Shown here: positions 1-8,402 of the stretch, in pieces
Position numbering within the stretch: the stretch's first letter is position 1
Layout: the number at the start of each line of letters is the position of its first letter
DNA from: an uncultured virus (IMG/VR IMGVR_UViG_3300020469_000015)
Lineage: Duplodnaviria > Heunggongvirae > Uroviricota > Caudoviricetes
IMG/VR virus record: IMGVR_UViG_3300020469_000015
Length of the DNA stretch: 64,000 nt
Direction: 5' to 3' (one strand)
Notes under the pieces: model-generated
Told to the model about the DNA's origin: nothing
Database searches by the model: none
The model's input: the letters and a program-made list of their open reading frames with translations, nothing else
Translations under genes and position numbers: made by a program

Positions 1-752
1 TCAAAGTCAATTAGTCTCTGGTTTCTTTGGTAGTTTCTATAGTGATATTCATTACAGAAAGTTTTAGGATCCTCACCTTTCATTAAGGTGTCAATCCAAT
101 ATGATAATTTTTTCTTTTGTATAGGTTTTTGTTTAATCTTATTTACAAAGGTATCGTCTGGTGACAAGAAGTTAGGTATGCCATCAGAGGTATCACCTCT
201 CATTATATGTTCAAAGATATACTCTTGTGGATTTTGTGTTTCTATCATCTTCTTTTGTATAGGTGCATATTGAGATATGCCTGGATACTTTTGAAGTTGT
301 TGAAAGTCTTTGTCACCTGATATAATTAAAATCTTTTCGTCTGTAGCAATGTTTAATCCTGTCTTGTGTTTTTTACATAGTACAGCAATAATGTCATCTG
401 CTTCAACATTATCTAATTGTACAACTTTATAGTGGAAGTTGTCTCGTATTTCTTCTTTGATTGTGTGTATTAAACCAAACACACTTTCCCAATCAGTTTT
501 GGATTCGTCTCGCCCTTCCCTTCGTTTTGCTTTGTAGTGTGGAAATATATCTCTACGCCAAGGTGCCGGTCCGTCAACTGCAATGATAACATCACCTGGA
601 TAGTCTTGTTTAAATCTGTGTACTAATCCTCTAATAGAGTTTAGTATCATATGTCTTACAATTGGTATAGACAAGGTCATCTTGTCTTTACTCATTGCCA
701 ATTGTACAGCGATATTACTAATCGCTATCTGGCTGTAGTCTATCAGTATCAT
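1..752 (-). CDS. rnh: T4-like RNase H / 5'-3' exonuclease (partial, runs off window start)
   Basis: Manual translation from ATG at 752: MILIDYSQIAIS...PWRRDIFPHYKAKR...EADDIIAV...ISGDKDFQQLQKY...GDTSDGIPN, the T4 RNase H motifs. Confidence 0.93.
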   Translation of the reverse strand, partial: MILIDYSQIAISNIAVQLAMSKDKMTLSIPIVRHMILNSIRGLVHRFKQDYPGDVIIAVDGPAPWRRDIFPHYKAKRREGRDESKTDWESVFGLIHTIKEEIRDNFHYKVVQLDNVEADDIIAVLCKKHKTGLNIATDEKILIISGDKDFQQLQKYPGISQYAPIQKKMIETQNPQEYIFEHIMRGDTSDGIPNFLSPDDTFVNKIKQKPIQKKKLSYWIDTLMKGEDPKTFCNEYHYRNYQRNQRLIDF

Positions 753-1179
753 CTAAATTTTCTCCTTCAAATTCAATTTCGTCTTCATCATTTTTGTCAC
801 AAATTCTTTTACCTTCATAATCAATTACTGAATATGTCCTACCTGATTTCTCGTCTTTTTGTTTAAACATAAGATTATCAGTTATATCGTGGAAAGGGTG
901 TTCTAAGTTTAGTTCTCTATACAATAAACCTTTTAACGCCTCCATAAAGATACCTAAATCTAAGAAAGTTTTGTTACTTAACTTTGGATCTCGTAAACCA
1001 ATATTCATACCTTCTTGTTGTAACTGTGCCAACATTCCAATGACCATATCATCAGCAACTGCATTAGCATATTTTGTTGTTTGTTCTTCCGCTATCTTTT
1101 CTTCTACAGGTATTTTCTGTTCTCTGGTCAGATTAGGTATATGTTTTCCGTCAGGAAACGATAGAATTTTCGCTGTCAT
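718..1179 (-). CDS. hypothetical protein (153 aa)
   Basis: ORF track; overlaps the rnh start, typical phage packing. Confidence 0.75.
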   Translation of the reverse strand: MTAKILSFPDGKHIPNLTREQKIPVEEKIAEEQTTKYANAVADDMVIGMLAQLQQEGMNIGLRDPKLSNKTFLDLGIFMEALKGLLYRELNLEHPFHDITDNLMFKQKDEKSGRTYSVIDYEGKRICDKNDEDEIEFEGENLDDTDRLQPDSD

Positions 1180-1229
1180 CTAGTATCACTCTCTTTGGTT
1201 TTGTCCATCCTAGGTTGGTACACCAATCT

Positions 1230-1490
1230 TTATTCCTTGGTTTCACTTTGGAAATTGATTTTACCTTCATTTATTAGATGTTCTCGCAAATCAGTATAAC
1301 CACCAATCAACTCATCACCTTTCATAATTTGAGGCATAGACCGTACTTGTTTACCTATCATTTCAAACATTTTATCTGGTGTAAAAGTAGGCGACAGTTT
1401 ATGTTCCTCAAAAGGTAAATTTACACTATTAAGTAAGGACTTTGCCTTTGTACAATAGACACAATTATCTTTTGAAAATACTTTATACAT
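1230..1490 (-). CDS. nrdC: glutaredoxin
   Basis: CVYC active site, SMPQI and IGGY motifs. Confidence 0.9.
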   Translation of the reverse strand: MYKVFSKDNCVYCTKAKSLLNSVNLPFEEHKLSPTFTPDKMFEMIGKQVRSMPQIMKGDELIGGYTDLREHLINEGKINFQSETKE

Positions 1491-1493
1491 TAT

Positions 1494-2087
1494 TTACTCC
1501 GTTGCTATTTCTGTTAAACTATCTATAGCGTCATTCGCTTTAATATTAGCTTCTGCCATATTTATATCTTTTTTAGCTTCTGCTTTTACCAATTCTGCTA
1601 ACTTGTTTAACTCACCTAACGGTAACTGTAAACCCATGTAAACTCTATACTCATTGTCTCCAGTTATAGATACAGCAATCTGCCATTGTTCATAACCTTG
1701 TACTTTAGTTTGTTTAATTATGTTTACAATTGTGGACTCTGCCTTAGAGTTTATAATCTTAGAACCTTCTTGTCCTAGTTCTTGTATAAACACATTAGCA
1801 TTCTTATTCATTTCACCATGCATTACATCTGCTAAGTCAGCTTTCGCTACCATTGTTGCTTTGTCCATTGCAAGTTGTAAATCTGGACTTGTTGCCACAC
1901 CTACACCGTAAAGATAAAACTTGTCTTTCTTATTAAAGAGACCTTTCTTACCTTCTTTTTCTACAAACCATTTAGGTACTTCTTCTAACATACCAGACTT
2001 GGTCTGTCCTTCATGTTCTATTTTTACTGTCTTAGCACAACCTGTAACTAACAGACCTAGTAAAATCATTATTATTATTTTATTCAT
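1494..2087 (-). CDS. lipoprotein, LPP20-like
   Basis: Signal peptide with lipobox LVTGC; VPKWF...YGVGVATSPDLQLAMDKA pattern. Confidence 0.7.
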   Translation of the reverse strand: MNKIIIMILLGLLVTGCAKTVKIEHEGQTKSGMLEEVPKWFVEKEGKKGLFNKKDKFYLYGVGVATSPDLQLAMDKATMVAKADLADVMHGEMNKNANVFIQELGQEGSKIINSKAESTIVNIIKQTKVQGYEQWQIAVSITGDNEYRVYMGLQLPLGELNKLAELVKAEAKKDINMAEANIKANDAIDSLTEIATE

Positions 2088-2202
2088 TTCCTTTTATCAC
2101 CTCTCTTATATACTCTATTGAGTTGTGGTATATATCAAACCCAATATCTGGATTATGATATACAATAATACCACCTATTATCATACCAAAGATAAACTTC
2201 AT
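2080..2202 (-). CDS. small membrane protein (40 aa, MKFIFGMIIGGIIVY...)
   Basis: Manual translation; fills the gap with overlapping start/stop; below ORF-track cutoff. Confidence 0.65.
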   Translation of the reverse strand: MKFIFGMIIGGIIVYHNPDIGFDIYHNSIEYIREVIKGNE

Positions 2203-2525
2203 TGTTTCTCCCAAGTGCCGTCATTAGTTAAACATACCTTATCAGGTATTAAACCGCCTTCAACTTTTCTACAGTAGGCAGGCACATTTTCCTGTCCGTA
2301 ATAAAATTGAGCGAATAATTGCCAGTAGGTAGGACCTATAACACCGTCTCTACATATCATTTTTCTACTGACTTCGTTTTCCATGTTTTCATCATAGATA
2401 ACTTCTATAACACAATTACTCTTTGTGAATTTAGGTGTCTCGTCATTTGCTATTGCACCTGACCAGATTAATAATGCTAATATCAATACAATAAAAAACA
2501 TTACATTAAAGTTTGGTTCTCTCAT
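2199..2525 (-). CDS. secreted/membrane-anchored protein with Cys pairs
   Basis: N-terminal hydrophobic helix; C-terminal KVCLTNDGTWE resembles the end of 2850..3200. Confidence 0.7.
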   Translation of the reverse strand: MREPNFNVMFFIVLILALLIWSGAIANDETPKFTKSNCVIEVIYDENMENEVSRKMICRDGVIGPTYWQLFAQFYYGQENVPAYCRKVEGGLIPDKVCLTNDGTWEKQ

Positions 2526-2647
2526 ACAGTATCATCATTATAAGTTGGTTCTTTTTTCTTTGGTTTTTCTTTATTCATTAAATACATCATACCAACAGGT
2601 ACTAATAATATTCCAATTGAAACTAATATACCATAAAACATATTCAT
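2522..2647 (-). CDS. small single-TM protein (41 aa, MNMFYGILVSIGILLVPVGMMYLM...)
   Basis: Manual translation; ATGA overlap with the downstream gene. Confidence 0.6.
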   Translation of the reverse strand: MNMFYGILVSIGILLVPVGMMYLMNKEKPKKKEPTYNDDTV

Positions 2648-2850
2648 TTTATACTTTTCCTCATTTGTGTTTGATTGTTTACGAATACTCTTACCAACCT
2701 AGAAACATCAACTTGTTCTTCCTTTAATGTTTTAGGATTTTTAAATAACACTCTACAATCATTTACTTTTGCATATGTCATATTTTTATCATCTATAACT
2801 CTAGCGTCATCTGTATTCTTACGCCAATCATGTGTAGAATAAACTGTCAT
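2644..2850 (-). CDS. hypothetical protein (68 aa)
   Basis: ORF track; coupled to neighbours. Confidence 0.7.
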   Translation of the reverse strand: MTVYSTHDWRKNTDDARVIDDKNMTYAKVNDCRVLFKNPKTLKEEQVDVSRLVRVFVNNQTQMRKSIK

Positions 2851-3200
2851 TACATTACCCTTTCAATTATTCGCCATCTACCGTCAGGCATTTGACACGC
2901 CTTACCAAATTCTGTACTTCTATCTAAACTACCAGGAAAATTCATTGGCCAGCTATCTTGTATATTAACTGTAGATTGATAATCAACACATTTAGCACCT
3001 GACTTATGTATATAACTATTCACAATCTTAACATCACCTTGATTGCCTGTAGCACTATTGTGCCACATAAAAAAATTAGTTTTACCAATAGGCATATTAT
3101 TTAAATGGTCAACAAATAAACTGGCGTGGACTGTTCTATCGTTCATACTTCCACAACCAGTTAACATTGTAAATATTATTGCGATACTAAAGTAACGCAT
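2850..3200 (-). CDS. lipoprotein, 17-kDa surface antigen (RT0821/Lpp0805)-like
   Basis: Lipobox LTGC; WHNSATGNQG...CVDYQ...GKACQMPDGRWRI pattern. Confidence 0.7.
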   Translation of the reverse strand: MRYFSIAIIFTMLTGCGSMNDRTVHASLFVDHLNNMPIGKTNFFMWHNSATGNQGDVKIVNSYIHKSGAKCVDYQSTVNIQDSWPMNFPGSLDRSTEFGKACQMPDGRWRIIERVM

Positions 3201-3513
3201 CCAACTCCCTTTTAGTTAGAGGGTCGCCATGTCCTTCTGCATGACCAACAGAGTCCATTGAAACTCTATCAGAAAGGATATCTTCGTCACCTTCATCTTC
3301 ATCAACTTTCTTAATGACAGGAAAAGGTTTCGTGCCGTCATATCCTTGAGCAAGTCGCTCCCAATTCACATCATAGGGTAAATTTAACCCACCCATTTCT
3401 CTAAGAAATTTTGCTTTGTCTAAAGGATTATCGTAAGAGTTAAACTCTTTCAAAATACCTTGCATAGATAAATCATTCTCTTTAATCTTTTGTTGTATAG
3501 TTTTTGTAGTCAT
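3187..3513 (-). CDS. hypothetical early protein
   Basis: ORF with strong SD ACGAGGAG, downstream of an early promoter. Confidence 0.75.
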   Translation of the reverse strand: MTTKTIQQKIKENDLSMQGILKEFNSYDNPLDKAKFLREMGGLNLPYDVNWERLAQGYDGTKPFPVIKKVDEDEGDEDILSDRVSMDSVGHAEGHGDPLTKRELDALL

Positions 3514-3551
3514 ATTATAGTCTCCTCGTTGTTATTAATAATATATTGTTA

Positions 3552-3597
3552 ACTCTATCATGCTTTAATAGAAAAGTAAATGTGACAGGATGTCGCA
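3552..3597 (-). promoter_or_regulatory. sigma70-type early promoter (TTTACT-17-TAGAGT) with abutting TGCGAC-N5-GTCACA palindrome
   Basis: -10 at 3552-3557, -35 at 3575-3580, palindrome at 3581-3597. Confidence 0.6.
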
Positions 3598-3975
3598 CTA
3601 CTTACCTATGTCTTTCACGTTAGATTTAGTAATTACTTGATAAGCACCTTTGTTGTAGGCAGGAGCGATAGTAAAATTTTTACTTTCTTCAAGTCGCCAG
3701 TTATTTACAGGTTTTGTACCACCTGAAAATTTTTTGTTAATCCAGTATTCTGCGTCTAGTCTTTTCGTACTGTCTTTTGAAATATCGTTATATGTAACAG
3801 TTGTATATTTTGGGTTTTGTTTCATTACAATTCTACCTTTATCATTCACTTTTAGACCTAGTTTTTTTAAATACTTGATATGCTTTGCTAAAGCAATCAT
3901 ATATTCTTTAGTGGGTCTTCTTCTTTTTAAACGTCTTATTGCACCAGACGTATTGTGTGTATAAATTATTGCCAT
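3598..3975 (-). CDS. basic hypothetical protein with C-terminal IAPAYNKGAYQVI motif seen in T4-like marine phages
   Basis: ORF track; motif recognition. Confidence 0.75.
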   Translation of the reverse strand: MAIIYTHNTSGAIRRLKRRRPTKEYMIALAKHIKYLKKLGLKVNDKGRIVMKQNPKYTTVTYNDISKDSTKRLDAEYWINKKFSGGTKPVNNWRLEESKNFTIAPAYNKGAYQVITKSNVKDIGK

Positions 3976-3986
3976 CTATTGTCTAT

Positions 3987-4040
3987 ATCCTATCATAAAA
4001 GAGTGCTTTTGTCAAGCCTTTATTTGTTCTCGTTTTGTTC
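3987..4040 (-). promoter_or_regulatory. early promoter TTGACA-17-TAGGAT with upstream GTTC-N7-GTTC (alphaproteobacterial LexA-type box)
   Basis: -10 at 3987-3992, -35 at 4010-4015, box at 4026-4040. Confidence 0.75.
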
Positions 4041-4277
4041 TAGTCCTGTAATACCCATTACTTCAACCATTTCTACAGGATCCTGTGGTGCCACTGCTTT
4101 CTCAAAATCGTCTACCTGTTTCTCCCACTTCCTCTGAATAGTATCAATTAATTTAAAGGTAGCATTATCTGTACCTACTCCTAAGGAGTTCTTAATATCC
4201 TTCAACTCATCAATAAATGTTAATTCTGCAATCATAATTGTTTCCTTTCGTTTTTTTAAACTCATACTTTTATCCAA
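4020..4277 (-). CDS. hypothetical protein
   Basis: ORF track; probable real start at the internal Met after ACGAAAGGA. Confidence 0.65.
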   Translation of the reverse strand: MDKSMSLKKRKETIMIAELTFIDELKDIKNSLGVGTDNATFKLIDTIQRKWEKQVDDFEKAVAPQDPVEMVEVMGITGLEQNENK

Positions 4278-4522
4278 CCATCTGGCAAATCTACAGGATG
4301 GTCATTCAAATCAGTCCAATCGTAATCAGTTCTCCAATCATACTGTTTCTTTAAATCAACTGTCATCATTTTAGGATCCTTAATATCTTTCACTAAATCT
4401 TCCAGTTCTGCAATACCACTTTCTTCCATACCACTCTTAATATCTTTGATGGCATATTCTAATGTTTCTATAATATCTTCTTTTGTCTTAATTGTCATAA
4501 CACTCCTTGTTCTTACTGTCAC
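4262..4522 (-). CDS. hypothetical protein
   Basis: ORF track; probable start at MTIK after AGGAG. Confidence 0.65.
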   Translation of the reverse strand: MTVRTRSVMTIKTKEDIIETLEYAIKDIKSGMEESGIAELEDLVKDIKDPKMMTVDLKKQYDWRTDYDWTDLNDHPVDLPDGWIKV

Positions 4523-4832
4523 CTTGTAGTTTACATTTATATTCTTTATCTGCTTTTAGTCTCATATCAGCTATAGCACCTTCTAATATGTAAGGTAAAT
4601 GTTTCTGTACACTTATCAACATATCAATGGTATACATATGGGCAATTCTAGCAAGGTCGTCACTTAACACTTCGCTATGGTCCATGTTATTCATATTTCT
4701 AATTACATGACTAACAACTGTTTCAACATACTCTTTTGAAACTATTGGTTCATCTGCTTTCACTACGTTAAATATTGACCAAGACCAAATATAGACCCAA
4801 GCAACAAAAACGTAAAAAAATGTTTTTCTCAT
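4488..4832 (-). CDS. secreted/membrane hypothetical protein
   Basis: N-terminal hydrophobic segment ending VKA; SD AAGGAG. Confidence 0.7.
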   Translation of the reverse strand: MRKTFFYVFVAWVYIWSWSIFNVVKADEPIVSKEYVETVVSHVIRNMNNMDHSEVLSDDLARIAHMYTIDMLISVQKHLPYILEGAIADMRLKADKEYKCKLQGDSKNKECYDN

Positions 4833-5011
4833 TAAGCATTCTCCTTCTTTAAAGTTAATATAGTCATTATAATGGATACAATCATTATTGCTGTCATAAT
4901 AAAAAACATAGTCCAGTTTTCATTACCCATACAATGTCCTTTACAATCGTCTATAGCACCAACCGCCATGATGGCAGCAAGTATCGTAGTCATTGAAAAA
5001 AATGTGTTCAT
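4832..5011 (-). CDS. small two-TM protein (59 aa, MNTFFSMTTILAAIMAVGAIDDCKGHCMG...)
   Basis: Manual translation; TAATG coupling to the next gene. Confidence 0.65.
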   Translation of the reverse strand: MNTFFSMTTILAAIMAVGAIDDCKGHCMGNENWTMFFIMTAIMIVSIIMTILTLKKENA

Positions 5012-5030
5012 AATATATCTCTCTTTCTAG

Positions 5031-5258
5031 TTATTGTATTTCTACTTCTTTAAACTCAGTTGTATAGTCTTCTAAGTAATCTTGTAATTCTGAAAACTTA
5101 CTAGATAAATCAACAGTATCAACTTCTGTGTTTTCTTTATTATTCTCGTTATAGTCTTCAATCAACTCATTCATTTTTTCTTCAGCGTTATCAATTAACT
5201 TGGTAATTTTGTCACTCATTTGTTCATATGTCATAATGTTTTCCTTTGTTTTATTCAT
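5031..5258 (-). CDS. acidic helical early protein
   Basis: ORF directly after an early promoter. Confidence 0.7.
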   Translation of the reverse strand: MNKTKENIMTYEQMSDKITKLIDNAEEKMNELIEDYNENNKENTEVDTVDLSSKFSELQDYLEDYTTEFKEVEIQ

Positions 5259-5269
5259 AATATAGATAT

Positions 5270-5393
5270 ACTATACATGAAAAAGACCAAAAAGTCAACA
5301 ACTATTGGCATAAAAATGTAAATTAGTTCCGTTGCCTGGCAATGGTTTAGTGCTGGTGCGACAATCTGCACAGCCAATGTTCTTGTTTTGTTC
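5270..5393 (-). repeat. early-promoter regulatory cassette, copy 1 (promoter, palindromes, LexA-type box); similar to 51442-51565
   Basis: TTGACT-17-TATAGT; shared blocks aaaagtcaaca, tattggcataaaa, tgctggtgcg, gcacagcc, atgttcttgttttgttct. Confidence 0.85.
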
Positions 5394-6031
5394 TATTTAA
5401 TTTGAAGATTTACGACTAAGGTAACCCTTAATTCGTCTGATTTGAAAGGTGGTACTTCGTGTATCAAACTGGAAGGTGTGATAACAAAGGTATCCTGTTC
5501 AGTAGGTAGTTTATAGTATTTTAAAAGATAACTATGTTTTTCGTTATTGATATCTAGTTTCTTATATAACGTAGGTCTAAGATATTGATAATCGTCTGCC
5601 CAATGATTGGCATTGTGAAATACTGTGGATTGGTGTTTCTTAGGATTAAACTTTAAATAATGAATACAAGTAAAATCACTATCACCTATATGGTTATGTG
5701 GTCGCATATATTGACCTGATTTCATAGCAGTATAATTTGTAATATCAAATGCATATGAAAAGGTAGATGTAAGTTCTAACGTTTTACAAAACCCATCAAA
5801 AATTTTATGGTAAACTGGCACTAAAGATTTGTAATTAATCTTTTTAAATTTAGGGTTGTCTATATCTCTATTACTATGATGTAGTTTACTATTTAAGTAA
5901 TTGTTGCCGTCCCATTTATTTCTATCACTATCTAAACTATAGTTATGTTCTATATCTGCAAGTATGGTATCTCTATCATAACTTTTAGGATCCACATTAT
6001 ATTTCCAATAAGGTATATTAAACATAAGCAA
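5393..6031 (-). CDS. 2OG-Fe(II) oxygenase family protein
   Basis: PHNH...CIHYL...PSSLIHEV...RVTLVVN double-stranded beta-helix motifs. Confidence 0.85.
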   Translation of the reverse strand: MLMFNIPYWKYNVDPKSYDRDTILADIEHNYSLDSDRNKWDGNNYLNSKLHHSNRDIDNPKFKKINYKSLVPVYHKIFDGFCKTLELTSTFSYAFDITNYTAMKSGQYMRPHNHIGDSDFTCIHYLKFNPKKHQSTVFHNANHWADDYQYLRPTLYKKLDINNEKHSYLLKYYKLPTEQDTFVITPSSLIHEVPPFKSDELRVTLVVNLQIK

Positions 6032-6506
6032 ACATATCTAAAGTTACAAGTTTTTTCCAGTTTTCATTTTTTTGTGTATCATATCCCCATTCTTGGCAAA
6101 ATGATATTGTAGGTGTAATATATGTTTCAGGATTTGTTCTTCTTAACATTTGATACTTTTCTAATACTTGATGTTGTAAAAATACACCTGCAACAAATAT
6201 TTTATTATAACTTCTTATCTCATCTTCTGGTATAAACTTTCGTTTTTTAAATTTTTTAAAATGAAATAAAGGATGTATAATACTTCTATCATTAATAGTT
6301 TCATCAATAACATCATTCATTATATTAATTTTCCAACCTCTATCTACAAATGCTTCACACCTTGCACTTAGATATTCTACATAAGAATTATAATCTTTTT
6401 GTAAATGTCTTTGTTCACTTACAAGTTTTTGTGGTAGAGTTGAACGTATATTAACAAGATTAACTAATACGTTTGTACCAATCTTTCTATCTGCGAGTGT
6501 TACCAT
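6018..6506 (-). CDS. hypothetical protein
   Basis: ORF track; weak resemblance to the cysteine-hydrolase fold (IFVAGVFLQHQV). Confidence 0.7.
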   Translation of the reverse strand: MVTLADRKIGTNVLVNLVNIRSTLPQKLVSEQRHLQKDYNSYVEYLSARCEAFVDRGWKINIMNDVIDETINDRSIIHPLFHFKKFKKRKFIPEDEIRSYNKIFVAGVFLQHQVLEKYQMLRRTNPETYITPTISFCQEWGYDTQKNENWKKLVTLDMFAYV

Positions 6507-7632
6507 AATGTTTTACCACACAATTTTTAACTGGACCTAATTCTCTATAAGGGTCTATAATACAACTACCTGGATTCCATTCTTTTGGTATCATTGCTTT
6601 ATCGTGTATTAAAAACGTATAAGCGCCTTCATCTGGTGCGTGGTCATAATATACTTTATTAGTAGTTAACTTTCCAACATACCAACCAACTAACAAAGAA
6701 GGACTTCCTGCTGTTTGTTCAACACCTGGTTTAAAACCTCTACCAAGTATTACTACTGGCATTTTAAAAGATACACAATATTTTGCCATATTACGAGCTT
6801 GCTCTTCTCTTGCTTTCATAATAGCGTCAAATAAATCATAACCATAGTCATATCTTTCATTCAATACTCTTAATGCGATATTATCTCTAGGATGACAACC
6901 ACCACCGTCACCAAAACCTGCTTTCATATAACTAGGTCCCATAATTCGTTGCGTACTGTTTGCTAATGCCTTTGTTACAACATCAACATTCATATGACCA
7001 ACATTCATTGCCGTGTCTTGTATCATATTAACTAATGCAAGTTTTGTAGAAATAAAAGTATTATAAAAAACTTTGAGTGCCTCTATTTCTTCCCATGTAC
7101 CTAATTCATATCTTACTTCTTTTTCTAAGATAGGATTATATAAGTCATGCAACATATCTACTGCTAAACTTTCTTCACCATCTTCCGTACCTATCATAAT
7201 CATTTCAGGATTTCTCATATCCCATTTTACAGTACCTTGTGCAATCAAATAAGGATTGTAAATAAACTGACCATTTTGTACAAGTGGTTGTATTTCTTTT
7301 CTTACAGTACCTGGTAACATAGTTGATATAACAGAAATTAAAGTACCTTTATCTACCAATGCGTCAACTTGTTTTGTTGCTTCTATGATATATGAATAAT
7401 CAAAATCTCTTGGTGGTAAATGTGATGTTGGGTCTTTACCATCATATGCCGGTATATGTGGTGTTTGTACTGCAATTAAAACTACATCTTTACCTTTACA
7501 TGCTTGCTCTTGTGTACCTGATAATCCTGGTACATCTATGTTAGGGTCATAACCTGTTACATCATGTTTTTCTGCTAATACTTCAGCTGCGTCTCTGCCT
7601 AGTTTACCTAGTCCTATAAATCCTACTTTCAT
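6487..7632 (-). CDS. UDP-glucose/GDP-mannose dehydrogenase family protein
   Basis: GLGKLG Rossmann motif; STMLPGT; KVFYNTF; GDGGGCHPRD catalytic Cys. Confidence 0.92.
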   Translation of the reverse strand: MKVGFIGLGKLGRDAAEVLAEKHDVTGYDPNIDVPGLSGTQEQACKGKDVVLIAVQTPHIPAYDGKDPTSHLPPRDFDYSYIIEATKQVDALVDKGTLISVISTMLPGTVRKEIQPLVQNGQFIYNPYLIAQGTVKWDMRNPEMIMIGTEDGEESLAVDMLHDLYNPILEKEVRYELGTWEEIEALKVFYNTFISTKLALVNMIQDTAMNVGHMNVDVVTKALANSTQRIMGPSYMKAGFGDGGGCHPRDNIALRVLNERYDYGYDLFDAIMKAREEQARNMAKYCVSFKMPVVILGRGFKPGVEQTAGSPSLLVGWYVGKLTTNKVYYDHAPDEGAYTFLIHDKAMIPKEWNPGSCIIDPYRELGPVKNCVVKHYGNTRR

Positions 7633-8402
7633 TTAAATTTCTCCATGCTACATACTGGAATAGGTTCCATTTTATGTAAGTTTTGTTTTCTGTGTTTTAT
7701 ATATATCTTCATTTTTTCTTGGTCACTAGGTTTAGTTACAATAGCATTCATTTGGTCTTGCTTCATTGATTTTTCTAAATCTTCATAACTTACACCAAGT
7801 TGGTCTTCATCTGTTCTTCCATCGTCCCATAAACCATCTGTTGGTTTTGCCTCTTGTATTGATTGTAATATATTTAATTCTTTTGCAATTTTCCATACAT
7901 CTGTTTTCATACAATCTGCAATAGGTGATATATCAACACCACCATCACCATACTTAGTATAGAAACCTACACCAAAATCTTCTACTTTATTACCTGTGCC
8001 TACAACTAATCCATTATTACTTTGTGCCACTTGATATAACATCATCATTCTTAATCTACTACGACTATTTGCAAATGCTAATTTACTATCAGCACCTAGA
8101 TAATTACTTGCGTTTTCAAACTCATGGAATATTTTTTCTAAGTTAATAACTCTACGACTTACATTATCAAAATTCTCATCTAACCACCAAGCATGTTCTA
8201 ATGCTAATGTATCTTTATTTTTAATTGACATTACAATTGGTATGACTTTGATACCTGTCATAGCACATAGCGTTGACGCTACTGCACTATCTATACCACC
8301 TGATACACCTATAACTAATGTTGTCTTGTTATATTTGTTTGCATAATCTTTTATCCATTTTACTATGTGGTCAATTCTATCTTTCATATATTTTATCTCC
8401 AA
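7629..8402 (-). CDS. nadE: NH3-dependent NAD+ synthetase
   Basis: GVSGGIDS, RSRLRM, GTGNKVE, GFYTKYGDG, PTDGLW..GRTDEDQLG. Confidence 0.93.
   Translation of the reverse strand: MEIKYMKDRIDHIVKWIKDYANKYNKTTLVIGVSGGIDSAVASTLCAMTGIKVIPIVMSIKNKDTLALEHAWWLDENFDNVSRRVINLEKIFHEFENASNYLGADSKLAFANSRSRLRMMMLYQVAQSNNGLVVGTGNKVEDFGVGFYTKYGDGGVDISPIADCMKTDVWKIAKELNILQSIQEAKPTDGLWDDGRTDEDQLGVSYEDLEKSMKQDQMNAIVTKPSDQEKMKIYIKHRKQNLHKMEPIPVCSMEKFK

Noticed and set aside
6018..6506. Possible nicotinamidase completing an NAD salvage route with NadE
   Set aside because: Only a vague fold resemblance; the catalytic Cys and Asp motifs are not visible
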